A DNA stretch of 64,000 nt from the NCBI GenBank assembly GCA_041389005.1, contig JAWKSR010000002.1, forward strand, positions 1,482 to 65,481, in the 5' to 3' direction. The notes beneath the pieces were generated by a model that had not been told where the DNA came from, made no database searches, and saw only the letters and a list, made by a program, of their open reading frames with translations. Below, piece by piece: positions 52,804 to 61,333 of the stretch (position 1 is its first letter; each line of letters opens with the position of its first letter). The DNA comes from Minisyncoccota bacterium (lineage in GTDB: Bacteria; Patescibacteriota; Minisyncoccia; Phycocordibacterales; UBA918). The position numbers and the translations under genes are program-made.

Positions 52804-53133
52804 ATGGCACGATCACTATACAAAGGTCCCTACGTTGACGAGAAACTTCTGAAAAAAATTGCTGACAAGAAGCCAGCAGAGGCAGGAGTTATCAAGACGT
52901 GGGCGCGCGATTCACTGATCTCTCCAGAAATGGTGGGCTTCACATTTGGAGTGCACAACGGAAAGGATCACATCGAGGTGACCCCAACTGAAGAAATGGT
53001 AGGGCACCGACTCGGTGAATTTTCACCAACTAAGAAATTCTGGCGTCACGGCGGTAAGATGCAGAAGGAACTTGATCAGAAAAAGAAGGAAGCAGAAATT
53101 GCAGCTGCTAAAGCTGCTAAGACTGCTGCATAA
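52804..53133 (+). CDS. rpsS: 30S ribosomal protein S19 (Lys/Ala-rich C-terminal extension)
   Basis: [19 protein letters not shown]...........IKTWAR.S.I.PEMVG.TF.VHNGK.....[14 protein letters not shown]. Confidence 0.95.
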   Translation: MARSLYKGPYVDEKLLKKIADKKPAEAGVIKTWARDSLISPEMVGFTFGVHNGKDHIEVTPTEEMVGHRLGEFSPTKKFWRHGGKMQKELDQKKKEAEIAAAKAAKTAA

Positions 53134-53147
53134 TCCGACTAGATATT

Positions 53148-53465
53148 ATGAAAGCAGTATTAAAAAACTACCGCCAATCACCACGCAAAGTTCGTCTTAT
53201 TGCGGACTTAGTACGTGGCAAAAAGGTTAAAGATGCCCTGGCAACCCTGGAGTTTGTTGATAAACGAGCAGCTGGTCCATTTGCCAAGGTGATTAACTCT
53301 GCCGCAGCCAACGCTGCTCAAGCGGGAAAAAACACAGACAACCTAAAAATCACCAAAGTGACTGTCGATAAGGGAGTCACGTACAAGCGCTTTATGCCGC
53401 GAGCTCGTGGTAGCGCTTCACCAATTAATCGACGCAACAGCCACATTACGGTGGAACTTGGTTAA
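53148..53465 (+). CDS. rplV: 50S ribosomal protein L22
   Basis: MKAVLKNYRQSPRKVRLIADLVRGKKV.DAL..L.F......A.....V..SA.ANA; ITVEL. Confidence 0.94.
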   Translation: MKAVLKNYRQSPRKVRLIADLVRGKKVKDALATLEFVDKRAAGPFAKVINSAAANAAQAGKNTDNLKITKVTVDKGVTYKRFMPRARGSASPINRRNSHITVELG

Positions 53466-53476
53466 TCTATCTATCT

Positions 53477-54184
53477 ATGACACACGTTGCACATCCATTC
53501 ATACAACGTCTGGGCATCAACCGTGATTGGCGCAGTCGTTGGTTCGCAGCGGAACCAAAGAAGTTCCGAGAATATTTGCGTACTGACGCGGCCATTCGAA
53601 AGCTCTTGGAAAAGAAGCTGAAAGGCATGTCTGTAGACGCTATTGAAATCGAGCGTGATGACAAGGCGCTCAAAGTTATTATCAAATCTTCACGCCCTGG
53701 TCTGGTTATTGGTCGCAGTGGTGAGGGAGCTACCCAACTCAAAAAAGACGTTGATATGCTTCTGCGCACCCTGAAGTTATCGGAAAAGCCAGAGATCAAG
53801 ATTGATATTGAAGAAGTTCGTTCCCCAGAGACATCTGCCGCAATCGTTGGTCAGATGGCAGCTGAGGGACTCGAAAAGCGTATGCCGTTTCGTCGCGTTC
53901 TCAAGCAAACTGCTGAGAAAGTGATGGCAAATCGCGACGTTCAAGGTGTTCGCATTATTATGTCAGGACGTCTTGGCGGCGCTGATATGGCACGTAAAGA
54001 AGAAATCAAAAAAGGTCGAATTCCATTGCAAACCCTTCGCGCTGACATTGACTTTGCTCGCGTTAAAGCAATCCTCCCGTACGGTACTATCGGTATCAAG
54101 GTATGGATTTATCGTGGAGAAGTCTTTGCTGACCGAAAATCTAACACTGCGGAAACAAAAGCGCCGAGTCGCCGTTCCCGCTAA
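53477..54184 (+). CDS. rpsC: 30S ribosomal protein S3
   Basis: HP...RLGI...W.S.WF; KH domain RPGLVIGRSGEG; GRLGGADMAR.E....GRIPLQTLRADIDF. Confidence 0.96.
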   Translation: MTHVAHPFIQRLGINRDWRSRWFAAEPKKFREYLRTDAAIRKLLEKKLKGMSVDAIEIERDDKALKVIIKSSRPGLVIGRSGEGATQLKKDVDMLLRTLKLSEKPEIKIDIEEVRSPETSAAIVGQMAAEGLEKRMPFRRVLKQTAEKVMANRDVQGVRIIMSGRLGGADMARKEEIKKGRIPLQTLRADIDFARVKAILPYGTIGIKVWIYRGEVFADRKSNTAETKAPSRRSR

Positions 54185-54194
54185 GAAATGAACT

Positions 54195-54629
54195 ATGTTA
54201 TTTCCTAAAAAAGTTAAGCACCGTAAGTGGCAGATTGGTCGCAAAAGCGAAGAGAAGCGAAACCGACCAGAAACTCGAGGTGTTACCGTAGCATTTGGTT
54301 CATACGGACTTAAGGCTACCAGTGCTGCCCGCGTGAAAAGCAATCAGATCGAGGCGGCACGGCGCGTAATCTCACGTACACTTGGTAAGACAGGTAAGAC
54401 ATGGATTCGTATTTTCCCAGATAAGCCGATTACCAAAAAAGCTGCAGAAGTACCGATGGGTAAAGGAAAGGGTGACCCAGATCACTTTGTGTTTGAGGTC
54501 GCACCTGGTCGAGTGTTATTCGAAGTCGATGGAGTTTCAGAAGAGGTAGCTCGTGAAGCGTTGCGTAAAGCAACTGCCAAGCTCCCACTCACCGGTCGTT
54601 TTGTGACCCGTGAAGAAACTCGAGCATAA
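54195..54629 (+). CDS. rplP: 50S ribosomal protein L16
   Basis: [14 protein letters not shown]; [11 protein letters not shown]; [25 protein letters not shown]. Confidence 0.96.
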   Translation: MLFPKKVKHRKWQIGRKSEEKRNRPETRGVTVAFGSYGLKATSAARVKSNQIEAARRVISRTLGKTGKTWIRIFPDKPITKKAAEVPMGKGKGDPDHFVFEVAPGRVLFEVDGVSEEVAREALRKATAKLPLTGRFVTREETRA

Positions 54630-54643
54630 TCTAATCTCATACT

Positions 54644-54850
54644 ATGGAATCAATGAAAGATATCAAAAAAATGAGTGATAAAGATTTGGTGGAATTGGTT
54701 GAAAAGAAACGTGAGGACGTACGTTCACATCGTTTCAACATGTCAGACCGCAACACCAAAGCGGCTCGAAACGACCGCACTGTTATTGCGCGAGCGTTAA
54801 CTGAACTCAATACCCGCACTAAAGCGGAATCTGTAACCGAACAAAAGTAA
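54644..54850 (+). CDS. rpmC: 50S ribosomal protein L29
   Basis: 68 aa. K.MSDKDLVELVEKKREDVRSHRF. Position between rplP and rpsQ. Confidence 0.88.
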   Translation: MESMKDIKKMSDKDLVELVEKKREDVRSHRFNMSDRNTKAARNDRTVIARALTELNTRTKAESVTEQK

Positions 54851-54854
54851 CACT

Positions 54855-55115
54855 ATGGCAACTGAAAATAAAAACGAACAAACTACCAAGGGTCGCGTAC
54901 TCTCCGGTACCGTCGTGGCTGCCAAGATGCAGGACACTTGTACGGTTGCGGTAGAACGCTATGTAAAGCACCCGAAGTACAAAAAATACCAACGCCGTAC
55001 TAAGAAATATCTGGTGCATGATGCAGGTAACACTGCAACAGTTGGTGATAAGGTCGACATAATGGAAACTCGTCCCGTCAGCAAGCGCAAGCGCTTTGCG
55101 TTGGTAAGTAAGTAA
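54855..55115 (+). CDS. rpsQ: 30S ribosomal protein S17
   Basis: GRVLSGTVVAAKMQDTCTVAVERYVKHPKYKKY.RRTKKY.VHD. Confidence 0.94.
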   Translation: MATENKNEQTTKGRVLSGTVVAAKMQDTCTVAVERYVKHPKYKKYQRRTKKYLVHDAGNTATVGDKVDIMETRPVSKRKRFALVSK

Positions 55116-55121
55116 ACGCGT

Positions 55122-55493
55122 ATGATTCAACCACAAACAATTGTGAAGATCACAGACAACTCAGGCGGTAAGATTGGACGCGTCTTCAAAGTTCTCGGCG
55201 GTTCTAAGAAGCGCTATGCAGAACTTGGTGAAATGGTTGTGCTCTCAGTTCAGACTGCAGAACCACGCAAACAAGCCAAAAAGAAAGACGTTGTCTACGG
55301 TGTCGTTGTGCGTCAGCGTAAACCATTTCGTCGAGCGGACGGTTCATACGTAAGCTTCGATGATAACGCCGTTGTCTTAGTCGACAAAGAAAAGAAGGAG
55401 CCACGTGCGAACCGCGTTTTCGGACCGATTCCACGTGAGCTTGCTGAAGCTGGTTATCAGAAAATTGTCTCTCTTGCACCTGAGGTGGTGTAG
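55122..55493 (+). CDS. rplN: 50S ribosomal protein L14
   Basis: MIQPQT..KI.DNSG.K......VLGGSKKRYA.LG...V.SV; R.DGSY..FD.NA.VL. Confidence 0.96.
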   Translation: MIQPQTIVKITDNSGGKIGRVFKVLGGSKKRYAELGEMVVLSVQTAEPRKQAKKKDVVYGVVVRQRKPFRRADGSYVSFDDNAVVLVDKEKKEPRANRVFGPIPRELAEAGYQKIVSLAPEVV

Positions 55494-55514
55494 TGAGCTA
55501 AATACATATTGCGT

Positions 55515-55814
55515 ATGAAAATCAAAAAAGGAGACAATGTCATGGTAATTGCCGGCAAAGACAAAGGAAAGACCGGAACAGTCCTTGAAGCGATGCCTAA
55601 GACAGACCAGGTCTTGATTGAAGGTATCAATGTCAAAACTAAACACCAAAAAAACCGACGCCTCCACACTCGTGGTCAGGTAATTGAAAAGCCAGCACCA
55701 TTGCATGTTTCAAACGTGGCAGTGGTAGAAGGTAAAAAGCCGGTTCGCGTTGGCTACAAGGTCGAAGATGGTAAGAAGGTTCGCGTCTCTAAAAAGACCG
55801 GCAAAGAGATCTAA
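55515..55814 (+). CDS. rplX: 50S ribosomal protein L24
   Basis: [24 protein letters not shown] (KOW motif). Confidence 0.93.
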   Translation: MKIKKGDNVMVIAGKDKGKTGTVLEAMPKTDQVLIEGINVKTKHQKNRRLHTRGQVIEKPAPLHVSNVAVVEGKKPVRVGYKVEDGKKVRVSKKTGKEI

Positions 55815-55833
55815 GAGTAATCACATATTCACT

Positions 55834-56382
55834 ATGGAAACAATGAAAACAAAACTAGCGAACGTGTTTGATTCACTCAAAAGCACCTTCGACTATGGAA
55901 ATGTCATGCAGGCACCACGAATTGAAAAAGTCGTAGTATCGACTGGCACAGGAAAAATTGACGACAAGCAAAAGATCGCTTTGATCCAAGATCGTTTGGC
56001 ACGTATTACGGGGCAGAAAGTGTCTCCACGACCAGCCAAGCAGTCTATCGCGTCGTTCAAACTACGTGAGGGCGATATCATTGGGTATCAGGTGACCTTG
56101 CGTGGTGATCGCATGCATAATTTCCTCGATAAGCTCATCCATGTAGCGTTGCCACAAACACGCGACTTCCGTGGTATCAAAACCACTGCAATTGATGAGA
56201 TGGGGAATATTACACTCGGTATCAAGGAACACACTATTTTCCCTGAAACCGCTGATGAAGAACTCAAAGACGTCTTCTCACTGGCAATCACCATCGTGAC
56301 AACCGCTAAGACTAAAGAGGAAGCAGAAGCGTTGCTACGACATGTGGGGCTTCCCCTTCAAAAAGAAGAAAAAGACGCATAA
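55834..56382 (+). CDS. rplE: 50S ribosomal protein L5
   Basis: NVMQAPRIEKVVVSTG; SIASFKLREGD.IGY.VTLRGDRM..FLDKL; RDFRG. Confidence 0.95.
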   Translation: METMKTKLANVFDSLKSTFDYGNVMQAPRIEKVVVSTGTGKIDDKQKIALIQDRLARITGQKVSPRPAKQSIASFKLREGDIIGYQVTLRGDRMHNFLDKLIHVALPQTRDFRGIKTTAIDEMGNITLGIKEHTIFPETADEELKDVFSLAITIVTTAKTKEEAEALLRHVGLPLQKEEKDA

Positions 56383-56402
56383 GTCAAGACTTTATTTAAA
56401 AA

Positions 56403-56446
56403 GTTACAAAAAATCACCGCCTTTGGGCTGGTGATTTTTTGTAACT
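56403..56446 (+). terminator. rho-independent terminator after rplE (long A/T-flanked stem)
   Basis: GTTACAAAAAATCACCgcctttgggctGGTGATTTTTTGTAAC. Confidence 0.8.
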
Positions 56447-56498
56447 AACGTGACCTCGATAGTGGAATAGGAAGTTTCACCTGTGCTAAACTCAAAAC

Positions 56499-56978
56499 AT
56501 GTTTGTGCTTAAAGGCAAGAATACCTATTCAGAAGAAATTTTAAATCCTGTTTTATTTTATGGAGGAGAGCTTGGTTATTGTTTTTCAAATTTTTCAGCC
56601 TTCAATGTTGTGTGGAAAAATCGCACATGGCAGACTTCAGAGCACGCTTTTCAAGCGGCTGGCTTTGACGACGTAAGCATTGTTGAAGAAATTGCTAATG
56701 CTAACTCAGCACATGACGCTCTTAAACTAGCAATAAAATATAGTGATAGACTCCGTCCAACTTGGGAGAATGAAAAGAGATCAATTATGAAAGACATTTG
56801 TAGGAAGAAATTACATCAACATGAATATATAAAGAAAACATTACTCCAGACCAAGAATCACCGGTTGGTAGAAGATTCACCAAAGGATGGTTACTGGGGA
56901 TGTGGAGCCAATGGGCTGGGTAAAAATTGGCTTGGCAAAATCTGGATGGAATTAAGATCAGAATTAACTGAAGAGTAG
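56499..56978 (+). CDS. NADAR (YbiA/DUF1768) domain protein
   Basis: FYGGELGYCFSNFSAFNVVWKNRTWQTSEHAFQAAGF....; EDSP.D.YWG.G..G.G.N.LG..LM..R. Confidence 0.8.
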   Translation: MFVLKGKNTYSEEILNPVLFYGGELGYCFSNFSAFNVVWKNRTWQTSEHAFQAAGFDDVSIVEEIANANSAHDALKLAIKYSDRLRPTWENEKRSIMKDICRKKLHQHEYIKKTLLQTKNHRLVEDSPKDGYWGCGANGLGKNWLGKIWMELRSELTEE

Positions 56979-56980
56979 GG

Positions 56981-57199
56981 TTGTATTTTCTCTATTTTCG
57001 CGTATAGTGGGCGGCACCATAAACGTTGCTTGAGAGTAGATGGGAGTGGCGTTTGTGAAGGCGAATCGAAAGATTCTGCCGGATTTATCAGGGGCAAGTC
57101 AGTACATCTAGCTGATACTGCCTACTGCACACAATCATATATCTTAAATAAAACAGCTTTGCTGTTTTGTGTGATGTGTGCCAACTAACTAAACCCACA
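56981..57199 (+). promoter_or_regulatory. rpsN promoter (TTGTAT-16-TATAGT) plus ~190-nt leader
   Basis: -35 at 56981-56986, -10 at 57003-57008. The leader ends with the hairpin aaaacagctttgctgtttt (about 57150-57170) just before the GTG start. Confidence 0.55.
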
Positions 57200-57385
57200 G
57201 TGGCTCGAACATCAATCAAAGTACGCGCAGCGCGTACTCCAAAGTACAAGAGTCGGGTGGTCCGTCGCTGCAGCCAGTGCGGACGTAAGCAAGGATACAT
57301 GCGAGATTTCGATCTCTGTCGTATCTGCTTCCGCGAGGCAGCTCACGAGGGACACATCCCGGGTATTAAAAAATCATCATGGTAA
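57200..57385 (+). CDS. rpsN: 30S ribosomal protein S14, type Z (61 aa, zinc-ribbon)
   Basis: GTG start. (M)[55 protein letters not shown], with CxxC...CxxC. Confidence 0.9.
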   Translation: MARTSIKVRAARTPKYKSRVVRRCSQCGRKQGYMRDFDLCRICFREAAHEGHIPGIKKSSW

Positions 57386-57771
57386 GCGATTCAGTTGGTG
57401 ACTTCATCATTCAGCTTAAAAATGCTGGAATGGTAGGCAAGACAACTGTCTCACTACCATATTCAAAGCTTCGCCATGCGATTGCAGAGAAGCTAGCTGT
57501 AGCAGGATATGTTGCAGGTGTTGAAGTTAAAGGTAAGGACATCAAGAAGAATCTTGAGGTCACCCTTAAATATGATAATGGCACTCACACGATTAACGGT
57601 GTAAAGCGCGTGAGCAAACCAGGTCGACGTCTCTACGCTAAGGTAGGGGAAATTTATCCAGTTAAATTTGGGAAGGGTCACATTATCCTCTCTACGCCAG
57701 CCGGCATCCTCACGGGTGAGGAAGCACGTCAGGCAAATGTAGGAGGTGAGCAGCTCTTCACTATCTGGTAA
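57379..57771 (+). CDS. rpsH: 30S ribosomal protein S8
   Basis: D.VGDFI.QLKNA; SKPGRR.Y; ILSTP.G.LTG.EAR...VGGE.L..IW. Confidence 0.95.
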   Translation: MVSDSVGDFIIQLKNAGMVGKTTVSLPYSKLRHAIAEKLAVAGYVAGVEVKGKDIKKNLEVTLKYDNGTHTINGVKRVSKPGRRLYAKVGEIYPVKFGKGHIILSTPAGILTGEEARQANVGGEQLFTIW

Positions 57772-57774
57772 GTT

Positions 57775-58308
57775 ATGAGTCGACTCGGAAAACAACCAAT
57801 CAGCATCCCTAGTGGAGTTGAGGTTACATACACAGATGGTTCTTTGACCGTTAAGGGACCAAAAGGAACGCTTGTGCGAGACATGAAAGCTGATGTTACG
57901 GTAACCGTAGCAGACGGCGCCATCACGCTCGTACCAGCGAAGGAAACAAAAGAAGCCCAGGCACTCTGGGGTACGTATGCATCCCACGTTACAAACATGA
58001 TTCATGGTGTAACTGAAGGCTACGAAAAAATCCTCGAAATCGAGGGGGTAGGATACCGGGCTGAGATCAAAGGCACGAGCATTGTGCTCAATGTCGGATT
58101 CTCACACCCTGTAGAACTACCGTTCCCAGAAGGAATCACCGCAGAGGTCGAAAAAAACGTCATCAAAATCAATGGTATCGATAAAGAAGCGGTTGGTCAG
58201 TACGCTGCCAACGTTCGCAAAGTGAAGAAACCAGAGCCATACAAGGGCAAAGGTATTCGGTATCAGGGCGAGTATATTATTCGTAAGCAAGGCAAGAAAG
58301 CCGTTTAA
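57775..58308 (+). CDS. rplF: 50S ribosomal protein L6
   Basis: MSRLGKQPI.IP.GV.V......LTVKGPKGTL; GVGYRAE; PEPYKGKGIRY.GE. Confidence 0.95.
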   Translation: MSRLGKQPISIPSGVEVTYTDGSLTVKGPKGTLVRDMKADVTVTVADGAITLVPAKETKEAQALWGTYASHVTNMIHGVTEGYEKILEIEGVGYRAEIKGTSIVLNVGFSHPVELPFPEGITAEVEKNVIKINGIDKEAVGQYAANVRKVKKPEPYKGKGIRYQGEYIIRKQGKKAV

Positions 58309-58343
58309 AGTAAGGAGCGGTAACGCGACTATATTTTAAACGG

Positions 58344-58421
58344 TCCAGCTCCCATTTCGGGCGAAGCGCGCCGCCGAATAGGCAATCATAGCGCAAGCCT
58401 GTAACAAGAAATGGGGCTGGG
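58344..58421 (+). repeat. structured ~78-nt element, copy B, inserted in the rplF-rplR spacer
   Basis: tCCAGCTCCCATTTcGGGCgaagcgcgccgccgaataggcaatcatagcgcaaGCCTgtaacaagAAATGGGGCTGGg. Same architecture as 48678-48753. Ends 16 nt before the rplR ATG. Confidence 0.7.
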
Positions 58422-58437
58422 CGGGAAAATATCTAAC

Positions 58438-58788
58438 ATGAACAAAACACAAGCAAAAACACAAAAGCGTGTCAGTCGCCATAAGCGCATTCGCGCCAAG
58501 GCAATTGGTACCGCCGTTAAGCCTCGCTTGGCAGTCTTCAAAAGCAATACTGCCGTATATGCTCAGCTTATTGATGACAGTACGCACACAACACTAGCAG
58601 CCGCTGATACCCGCAAACTAAAGGGTGACAGCCTCACCGCACGCGCGAGTGAGCTTGGCAGTGTTATTGCTAAAAAAGCTAAGGACGCTGGTATCGAAGC
58701 AGTGGTCTTTGACCGCGGTGGATTCAAGTACCAAGGTTCTATCGCTGCTTTAGCTGATAGTGCTCGATCTGGAGGACTTACATTCTAG
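58438..58788 (+). CDS. rplR: 50S ribosomal protein L18
   Basis: R.RRH.RIRAK..GT...PRLAVFKSN...YAQLIDD....TLAAA; AVVFDRGGFKY.G...ALAD.AR..GL.F. Confidence 0.94.
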   Translation: MNKTQAKTQKRVSRHKRIRAKAIGTAVKPRLAVFKSNTAVYAQLIDDSTHTTLAAADTRKLKGDSLTARASELGSVIAKKAKDAGIEAVVFDRGGFKYQGSIAALADSARSGGLTF

Positions 58789-58810
58789 TTAATCAATTAT
58801 TGTTATTACT

Positions 58811-59485
58811 ATGTCAGAAACAAAACAGGAAGCTACAACTGAGGAAGCGGTAAAAGACACCGCCTCTACAGAGACAGCTGCTACCGAGGTAGCTGCTACC
58901 GATGCACCTGCTGACACAGCCAACGACACACCAAAAAAGGCAGACGAAAAAGCTGCTCCTGGTGATCGTGGTCGTGGACGCGGTGCAAAAGGGCGTAACG
59001 AACGCCGCAACCCGCGCCGTCCCCGCCGCAACAACCGCCGTGATGACCGAGCGCGTCAAGAATACGATCAAAAGATCATTGGTATTCGCCGCGTGACTCG
59101 TGTGATGGCAGGTGGTCGCCGGTTCTCATTCTCCGTCTCAATGGTGATTGGAGACAAGAAGGGTAAAGTGGGCGTTGGAGTTGGTAAAGCATCTGATACC
59201 CAGCTTGCAATCGAGAAAGCAATGCGCAACGCCAAGAAGAATCTCATCGTAGTACCGATGAATAAAGATCATCAAATCACTCACGATGTGCACGTTAAAT
59301 ATGCTTCCAGTGAAGTGATGATTATTCCAGCAGCTGGTCGCGGTTTGGTGGCCGGCTCTTCAGTCCGTACCGTCCTTGAACTGGCTGGTGTGAAAGACGT
59401 GACTGCGAAACTACTCTCTCGCAGTAAGAACAAACTTAATAATGCTCGCGCCACTATCGAAGCGCTTAAGCAACTTAAAGGATAG
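58811..59485 (+). CDS. rpsE: 30S ribosomal protein S5 (about 75-aa acidic/Arg-rich N-terminal extension)
   Basis: IGIRRVTRVMAGGRRFSFSV.MVIGD..G.VGVG.GKA..V..AI.KA; IIPA..G.G..AG...R.VLELAG..DV..K. Confidence 0.94.
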   Translation: MSETKQEATTEEAVKDTASTETAATEVAATDAPADTANDTPKKADEKAAPGDRGRGRGAKGRNERRNPRRPRRNNRRDDRARQEYDQKIIGIRRVTRVMAGGRRFSFSVSMVIGDKKGKVGVGVGKASDTQLAIEKAMRNAKKNLIVVPMNKDHQITHDVHVKYASSEVMIIPAAGRGLVAGSSVRTVLELAGVKDVTAKLLSRSKNKLNNARATIEALKQLKG

Positions 59486-59488
59486 CCT

Positions 59489-59938
59489 ATGCAGTTACAC
59501 GAACTAAAACCAAGTACTCCACGCAAGAGCGCTAAGCGTATCGGTCGTGGCGGTAAACGAGGTAAGACCTCGGGACGTGGACATAAAGGGCAGAAAGCTC
59601 GTACTGGTAACAGTACCCGTCCAGAAATGCGAGAAATAATCAAAAAACTACCGAAACTACGTGGTCACGGTGTAAATCGGGCACAAACGGTAAACGCTGA
59701 TAAGCAACTACCAGTAGCGATCAATGTGTCAGCGCTAGAAACTGCTTTTGAAGCGGGTGCTGAAGTGTCTCCAAAGACACTAGTAGCAGCGGGTGTAGTA
59801 CGTTCTCACCGCAAGCAAGCACCGAAGGTAAAGATTCTCGGCAACGGTGACCTCACCAAGAAACTTTCAGTGACTGGATGCGCGGTATCCAAGACAGCAA
59901 AAGAGAAAATTGAAAAAGCAGGTGGAAGCGTGGCATAA
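59489..59938 (+). CDS. rplO: 50S ribosomal protein L15 (directly follows rpsE; no rpmD)
   Basis: MQLHELKP.....K.RIGRG...GKTSGRGHKGQKAR.G. Confidence 0.94.
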   Translation: MQLHELKPSTPRKSAKRIGRGGKRGKTSGRGHKGQKARTGNSTRPEMREIIKKLPKLRGHGVNRAQTVNADKQLPVAINVSALETAFEAGAEVSPKTLVAAGVVRSHRKQAPKVKILGNGDLTKKLSVTGCAVSKTAKEKIEKAGGSVA

Positions 59939-59955
59939 GCTATAATAAGAGTCTT

Positions 59956-61227
59956 ATGAACACATTCTTTCACAAACTCAAGATTATCTTCACCGACCAA
60001 ACTATTCGTAACCGTGTCCTCTTTGTCCTTGGTGCACTCTTCGTGTTCCGGGCTTTGGCTGCGATTCCGATTCCTGGTATTGATCACATTGTCTTGGAAC
60101 AATTCTTTGAGAACAATCAGTTCCTCGGATTACTCAACATCTTTTCCGGTGGCGGACTAGCAAACCTCTCGATTGTGATGCTCGGTGTCGGACCTTTCAT
60201 TACCGCATCTATTATCATGCAGTTGATGACGGTCATGAGTCCACGACTGAAGAGTCTGTACTCTGAGGAAGGTGATGCTGGACGCATTCGTTTCACTCAA
60301 TACTCACGTATGCTGACCTTGCCATTGGCAGTCCTACAGGGATTTGGTTTCCTTACGTTGCTCCAGAATCAAGGAGTGATTACTGGACTCACGAGCTTTG
60401 AGTTTATGGTCAACGTCATCTTAGTGGTCGCTGGCTCAGTACTCTTGATGTGGATCGGTGAGCTGGTCACTGAGTATGGTATTGGAAATGGTATCTCCAT
60501 CATTATCTTTGGCGGTATCGTGGCTGGACTACCAGCGACTGCCAGTCAATTGGCGTTTGGTTTTACCACCACACAGTTGCCACTCTACGTAGGGTTTGGT
60601 TTGGTGGCACTACTGGTCATTTACGCAGTGGTGGTAATGACTGAGGCAGAACGACCTGTACCGATTACCTACGCTAAGCAAAGCCGTGGGGGCAAGACTT
60701 ACGGAGGGACACAGAGTTACCTACCGCTCCGTCTGAATCAGGCTGGTGTGATCCCAATTATCTTTGCACTCTCAATCCTGCTTTTCCCACAAATGGTGCT
60801 CAATATTCTTGCGAGCTTCCACGTTGGTGGAGTGCAGGAGTTGTCTAACGCTCTCTTGGTCTTCTTCAATAACCAAGTGCTCTACGCGGCTGCTTACTTC
60901 CTCTTAGTATTCCTCTTCACCTTCTTCTATACGGCGGTGACATTTGACCCCGAGGCTATCTCTAAGAACCTACAACGCAATGGTGCGTTCATTCCTGGTA
61001 TTCGTCCCGGTGGACATACCGCTGAATACCTTGGCAATGTCATCACTCGTCTTACGTTGATTGGTGCATCATTCCTTGGTCTGGTGGCTGTGTTGCCACT
61101 TGGTATGCAGGTTGCAACCGGTATTACCGCGCTCGCAATTGGAGGAACAGCACTGTTGATTGTGGTTAATGTGGTGCTTGATCTTATTCGCCGACTCGAC
61201 TCCCAAGTATCACTTCGAGAATACTAA
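59956..61227 (+). CDS. secY: preprotein translocase subunit SecY
   Basis: 423 aa, 10 TM. IPIPGID; IF.GG.L...SI..LG..P.ITASII.QL; GEL.TE.GIGNG.S.II. Confidence 0.96.
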   Translation: MNTFFHKLKIIFTDQTIRNRVLFVLGALFVFRALAAIPIPGIDHIVLEQFFENNQFLGLLNIFSGGGLANLSIVMLGVGPFITASIIMQLMTVMSPRLKSLYSEEGDAGRIRFTQYSRMLTLPLAVLQGFGFLTLLQNQGVITGLTSFEFMVNVILVVAGSVLLMWIGELVTEYGIGNGISIIIFGGIVAGLPATASQLAFGFTTTQLPLYVGFGLVALLVIYAVVVMTEAERPVPITYAKQSRGGKTYGGTQSYLPLRLNQAGVIPIIFALSILLFPQMVLNILASFHVGGVQELSNALLVFFNNQVLYAAAYFLLVFLFTFFYTAVTFDPEAISKNLQRNGAFIPGIRPGGHTAEYLGNVITRLTLIGASFLGLVAVLPLGMQVATGITALAIGGTALLIVVNVVLDLIRRLDSQVSLREY

Positions 61228-61268
61228 TCATTGTCGCAAAATCACTACGTCTACTCCGTTAGACTGCG

Positions 61269-61316
61269 AAAAAATCCCCATCACTGAACAGCTTAGTTCA
61301 CCTCGGGGATTTTTTC
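61269..61316. terminator. bidirectional terminator-like hairpin (secY / cmk-like)
   Basis: aaAAAATCCCCatcactgaacagcttagttcacctcGGGGATTTTttc. Confidence 0.6.
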
Positions 61317-61333
61317 TTGCCTGCTTTGTATTT

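Noticed and set aside
56499-56978. DarT-NADAR toxin-antitoxin system
   Set aside because: There is no DarT-like or other ADP-ribosyltransferase ORF adjacent. The gene is flanked by rplE and rpsN, each with its own terminator or promoter.
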